64,000 nt of DNA from Centroscyllium fabricii (taxonomy: Eukaryota): contig JBNRSN020000021.1 of NCBI GenBank assembly GCA_051313645.2, forward strand, positions 8,804,001 to 8,868,000, given 5' to 3'. Shown here piece by piece: positions 62,228 to 64,000 of this stretch. Position numbers and translations under genes: made by a program. How positions within the stretch are numbered: position 1 is the stretch's first letter; each line of letters starts with the position of its first letter. The notes beneath the pieces were generated by a model, which was not told where the DNA came from, did no database searches, and saw only the letters and a program-made list of their open reading frames with translations.

Positions 62228-63595
62228 CTTTATTAGCTGAGGCATAGAATATAAGAGCAGGAAGGTTATACTTTAACATTATAAAACATTAGTTGGGCCA
62301 CAGCTAGAGTACTGCATACAGTTCTGGTCACCACATTGCAGAAAGGATATGATTGCACTCGAGGGTGCAGAGGAGATTTACGAGAATGTTGCCAGGACTG
62401 GAAACTTTTGGCTACGAAGAAAGATTGGTTAGGCTGGGGTTGTTTTCTTTGGAACAGAGGAAGCTGAGGGGAGATTTGTTTGAGGTGCATAAAATTATGA
62501 GGGGCCTAGATAGAGCGGGCTGATCTTCTGCCTCAACTCCATTCACTGGCCCTATCGCCATATCCCTTGATGCCCTTACTAGTCAGAAATCTATCGACTT
62601 CTGTTTTGAATATACCCAATGACTGAGCCTCCACCGCCCTCTGGGGTAGAAAATTCCAAAGATTCACCACCCTCTGTGAGAAGAAATTTCTCCTCACCTC
62701 AGTCCTGAATGGCCTACCCTTTATCTTGAGGCTGTGGTCCCTGGTTCTAGACCCCCCTGCTAAGGGAAACATTCTCCGAGCATCCATCCTATCAAGCCCT
62801 GTAATAATTCTGTATGCTTCAATGAGATCCCCTCTCATTCTTCTGAATTCACGAGAATACAGGCCTAGTTTACTCAATCTCTTCTCATACTTGCACTCCC
62901 TCTATGGCAAGTATATCCTTCCTTCGCTAAGGAGACCTAAATTGTACACAGTACTCCAAGTGTGGTCTCCCCAAGGCCCTATATAATTGAAGGAAGAATT
63001 CTTTACTCCTGTACTCAAATCCTCTTGTAATGAAGGCCAGCATACCATTTGCCTTCCTAATGGCTTTCTGCACCTGCACATTCACTTTCAGTGACTCATG
63101 TACAAGGACACCCAGGTCCCTTTGAGCATCTGCATTCCCCAATCTTTCACCATTTAGGAAATACTCTGCCTTTCTGTTTTTTCTACCAAAGTGGATAACT
63201 TCACATTTATCCACATTATATTCCATCTGCCATGTTCGCGCCCACTCACTGAGCCTGTCGAGATCCCCTTGAATCCTCTTCACATCCACTTCGATCTTCA
63301 GTCCTCATATATTCAAAGTTATTGGTAAAAGGATTAGAGGGGAGTTGAGGAGAGCTTTTTTCACCCAGAGGGTGGTGGGGGTCTGGAACTCACTGCCTGA
63401 AAGGGTGGCAGAGGCAGAAACCCTCATTACATTTTAAAAATGCTTGGGATATGCACTTGAAGTGCCATAACCTACAGGCTACGAACCAAGAGCTGAAAAG
63501 TGGGATTAGGCCGGATAGTTTTTTTCCGGCTGGCACAGAAATGATGGGCCAAATGGCTGCCTTATGTGCTGTAAAGTTCTAAGGTTCGAGGATTC
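62228..63595. mobile_element. cluster of CR1 fragments (+ 62228-62515, - 62520-63290, + 63310-63595)
   Basis: ORFs 62533-62877 and 62927-63289 are CR1 ORF2 pieces. Confidence 0.85.
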
Positions 63596-63604
63596 TAGGA
63601 TATG

Positions 63605-64000
63605 GAGCACAAAATCTAGGCCGACAATTTCTGTGCAGTGCTGAGGGACTGCTGCACTTTCGAAGGTGCTTCTTTCATGGATGAGATGTAACACTGAGGC
63701 CCCACCTGTCCTCTCGGTTGGATGTAAAAGATCCCATGAGCATTATTTCAAAGATCCCATGAGCATTATTTCAAACAAGAGCAGGGGAGTTCTCCCCCGT
63801 GTCCTGGCCAATATTTATCCCTCAACCAACATCACAAAAAAAAATCATCTGGTTATTGCTGTTTGTAAGAGCTTGCTGTGTGCAAATTGACTGCCGAATT
63901 TCCTGCATTACAACAGTGATTGCACTTTAAAAGTACTTGATTGGCTGTAAAGTGCTTTGGAAGATCCTGAGTTTGTGAAAGGCACTATAGAAATGCCAGC
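63605..64000 (+). mobile_element. DeuSINE lacking the head
   Basis: core and tail gtgaaaggcactatagaaatg. Confidence 0.8.

Overview
Repeat-dense eukaryotic DNA, almost certainly from a cartilaginous fish (inferred from HE1-type V-SINEs, SacSINE1-type DeuSINEs and HER1-type CR1 LINEs). No host protein-coding gene can be supported, and nearly all tracked ORFs are retroelement remnants or stop-free read-throughs of repeats. Contents: at least two CR1 families, a Zenon-like CR1-group LINE, L2 ends, Rex1/Babar-type LINEs, two Penelope-like (PLE) families, several SINE families, Tigger/pogo-like MITEs (two with internal minisatellites), Harbinger-type elements (one with a Myb/SANT ORF) and a hAT-like MITE. 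Most notable: (1) a 4.7-kb PLE composite and several 40-260 bp PLE-derived inserts, most carrying minimal hammerhead ribozymes; two same-strand ribozymes bracket a predicted 757-nt near-perfect rod RNA; (2) a 5S-rRNA-derived SINE with a hairpin head and a V-SINE variant, both sharing the Rex1-type LINE 3' tail. Coordinates were read by eye (a few bp of error for sharp junctions, more for degraded copies). Family names come from recognition, not database searches.
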